A stretch of 64,000 bases of DNA. Origin: Mobula hypostoma (taxonomy: Eukaryota). This document shows, piece after piece, positions 62,885 through 64,000 of this stretch (position 1 is its first letter; every line of letters starts with the position of its first letter). The notes beneath the pieces are model-generated. The model ran no database searches. It worked only from the letters and a program-made list of their open reading frames with translations, and was not told the DNA's origin. The stretch is taken from NCBI RefSeq assembly GCF_963921235.1, contig NC_086097.1, positions 225,248,001-225,312,000 on the forward strand, read 5' to 3'. A program made the position numbers and the translations under genes.

Positions 62885-63170
62885 GACGTAGTATCAGAAC
62901 AAGGACTGTTAGGATGAGAAATGGTTTCTTTCCCCAGGACTACTGAACTCCCTACTGCCACTCAGGTCTCATCACACATGAAGCGCCAGTAGCATTATAC
63001 TTGTGTCATCAATACACTGTATTATTTGTTAATTTACTAGTGGTATGTTACATTATGTGTTGTAAGTTATATGTACTGTGTTGTTCACCCTGATCAGATG
63101 AAACACTCTTTTGTTTGACTGTGTACTGTACATGTTGAATGACAATAAACTTAAACGTGAACTTGAATCC
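62885..63170 (+). mobile_element. Rex1/Babar 3' end
   Basis: RTRTVRMRNGFFPQ; ACAATAAACTTAAACGTGAACTTGAA tail; related to 27667-28010. Confidence 0.75.
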
Positions 63171-63242
63171 CCACCATTCAGAGGAGAAGGAGAAAAGCAA
63201 TGATTGGAAGGAAGAAGAATAAAAGCTTCCGAGAGACTTTGG

Positions 63243-63700
63243 AATCAGAATCAACTTCAGAATCAGGTTTATTATCATGTGTCATGAAATTTGTTAACTT
63301 AGCAGCAGTACTTATGCAATACATAATATCGAAGAAAAAATAATAAGTAAATAAATCAATTACAGTATACGTATATTGAATAGATTAAAATTCATGCAAA
63401 AGCAGAAATAATAAACATAAAAAAAGTGAGGTAGTGTTCAAGCATTCAATGTCCATTTAGGAATCGGATGGCAGAGGGGAAGAAGCTGTTCCTGAATCAC
63501 TGAGTGTGTGCCTTTGGGCTTCTGTATCTCCTACCTGATGGTAACAGTGAGAAAAGGGCATGCCCTGGGTGCTGGAGGTCCTTAATAATGAGACACCGCT
63601 CCTTGAAGATGTCCTGGGTACTTTGTAGGTTAGAACCCAAGATGAAGCCGACTAAATTTACAACCTTCTACAGCTTCTTTTGGTCCTGTACAGAGGCCCC
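63243..63700 (-). mobile_element. Rex1/Babar 3' end
   Basis: Near copy of 48455-48940; AATCAGAATC tail. Confidence 0.88.
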
Positions 63701-64000
63701 TCCCTCCCAGACCAGACGCTGGGGATCAGATTCACACTCTTGGTTACGAAGAGCTGATGAAGTCTCTTCTGTTTTTTTTGCCAGAGTTCCCAGCTCCTGC
63801 AGCAATAAATAACTTCAATTAAGCTTCCAATTGTATTTTGGAAGATGTATTTAACTATATTTTGTTGGATTCACTTCTCTTTGACCACTGCCATCTCCCA
63901 AACCACAATACTGCAGCCCCTCCTCGCCCAAACCCTACTCTACAACCTCCCCTCATGGCGGAAGGCATCGACTTCCCAGTTATTATTTCAGTAATCAATT

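Noticed and set aside
63715..63805. Possible minus-strand exon (TTGCTGCAG acceptor; ELGTLAKKTEETSSALRNQEC)
   Set aside because: Weak polypyrimidine tract, no recognisable homology, and it runs into a Rex1 copy.

Overview
Repeat-dominated vertebrate intronic or intergenic DNA. The repeat content (CR1 LINEs with (TCTTATGG)n/(TTCTATGT)n tails, Rex1/Babar-type LINEs, V-domain tRNA SINEs, Penelope-like elements) suggests a cartilaginous fish, probably a ray; this is inference. I found no host protein-coding exon I can support. Nearly every long ORF in the track comes from a transposable element, and the elements are extensively nested. The most notable items are: (1) a decayed endogenous retrovirus on the minus strand (~17450-21830) in which a class III (ERV-L/ERV-S-like) gag is joined directly to a gamma-type env, with pro-pol absent and a CR1 splitting env; (2) about eleven Penelope pseudo-LTR copies carrying a minimal type I hammerhead ribozyme motif, intact at 40254-40289, with several short solo inserts starting right at the ribozyme; (3) an internally deleted Helitron with recognisable ends (34604-36657); (4) a CpG-rich, TSD-flanked RTE-like insert (27093-27608); (5) a young CR1 with an uninterrupted 518-aa RT frame; (6) an old ~23-bp minisatellite. 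Family names come from motifs recognised by eye, not database searches. Most element boundaries are approximate unless a TSD is quoted.
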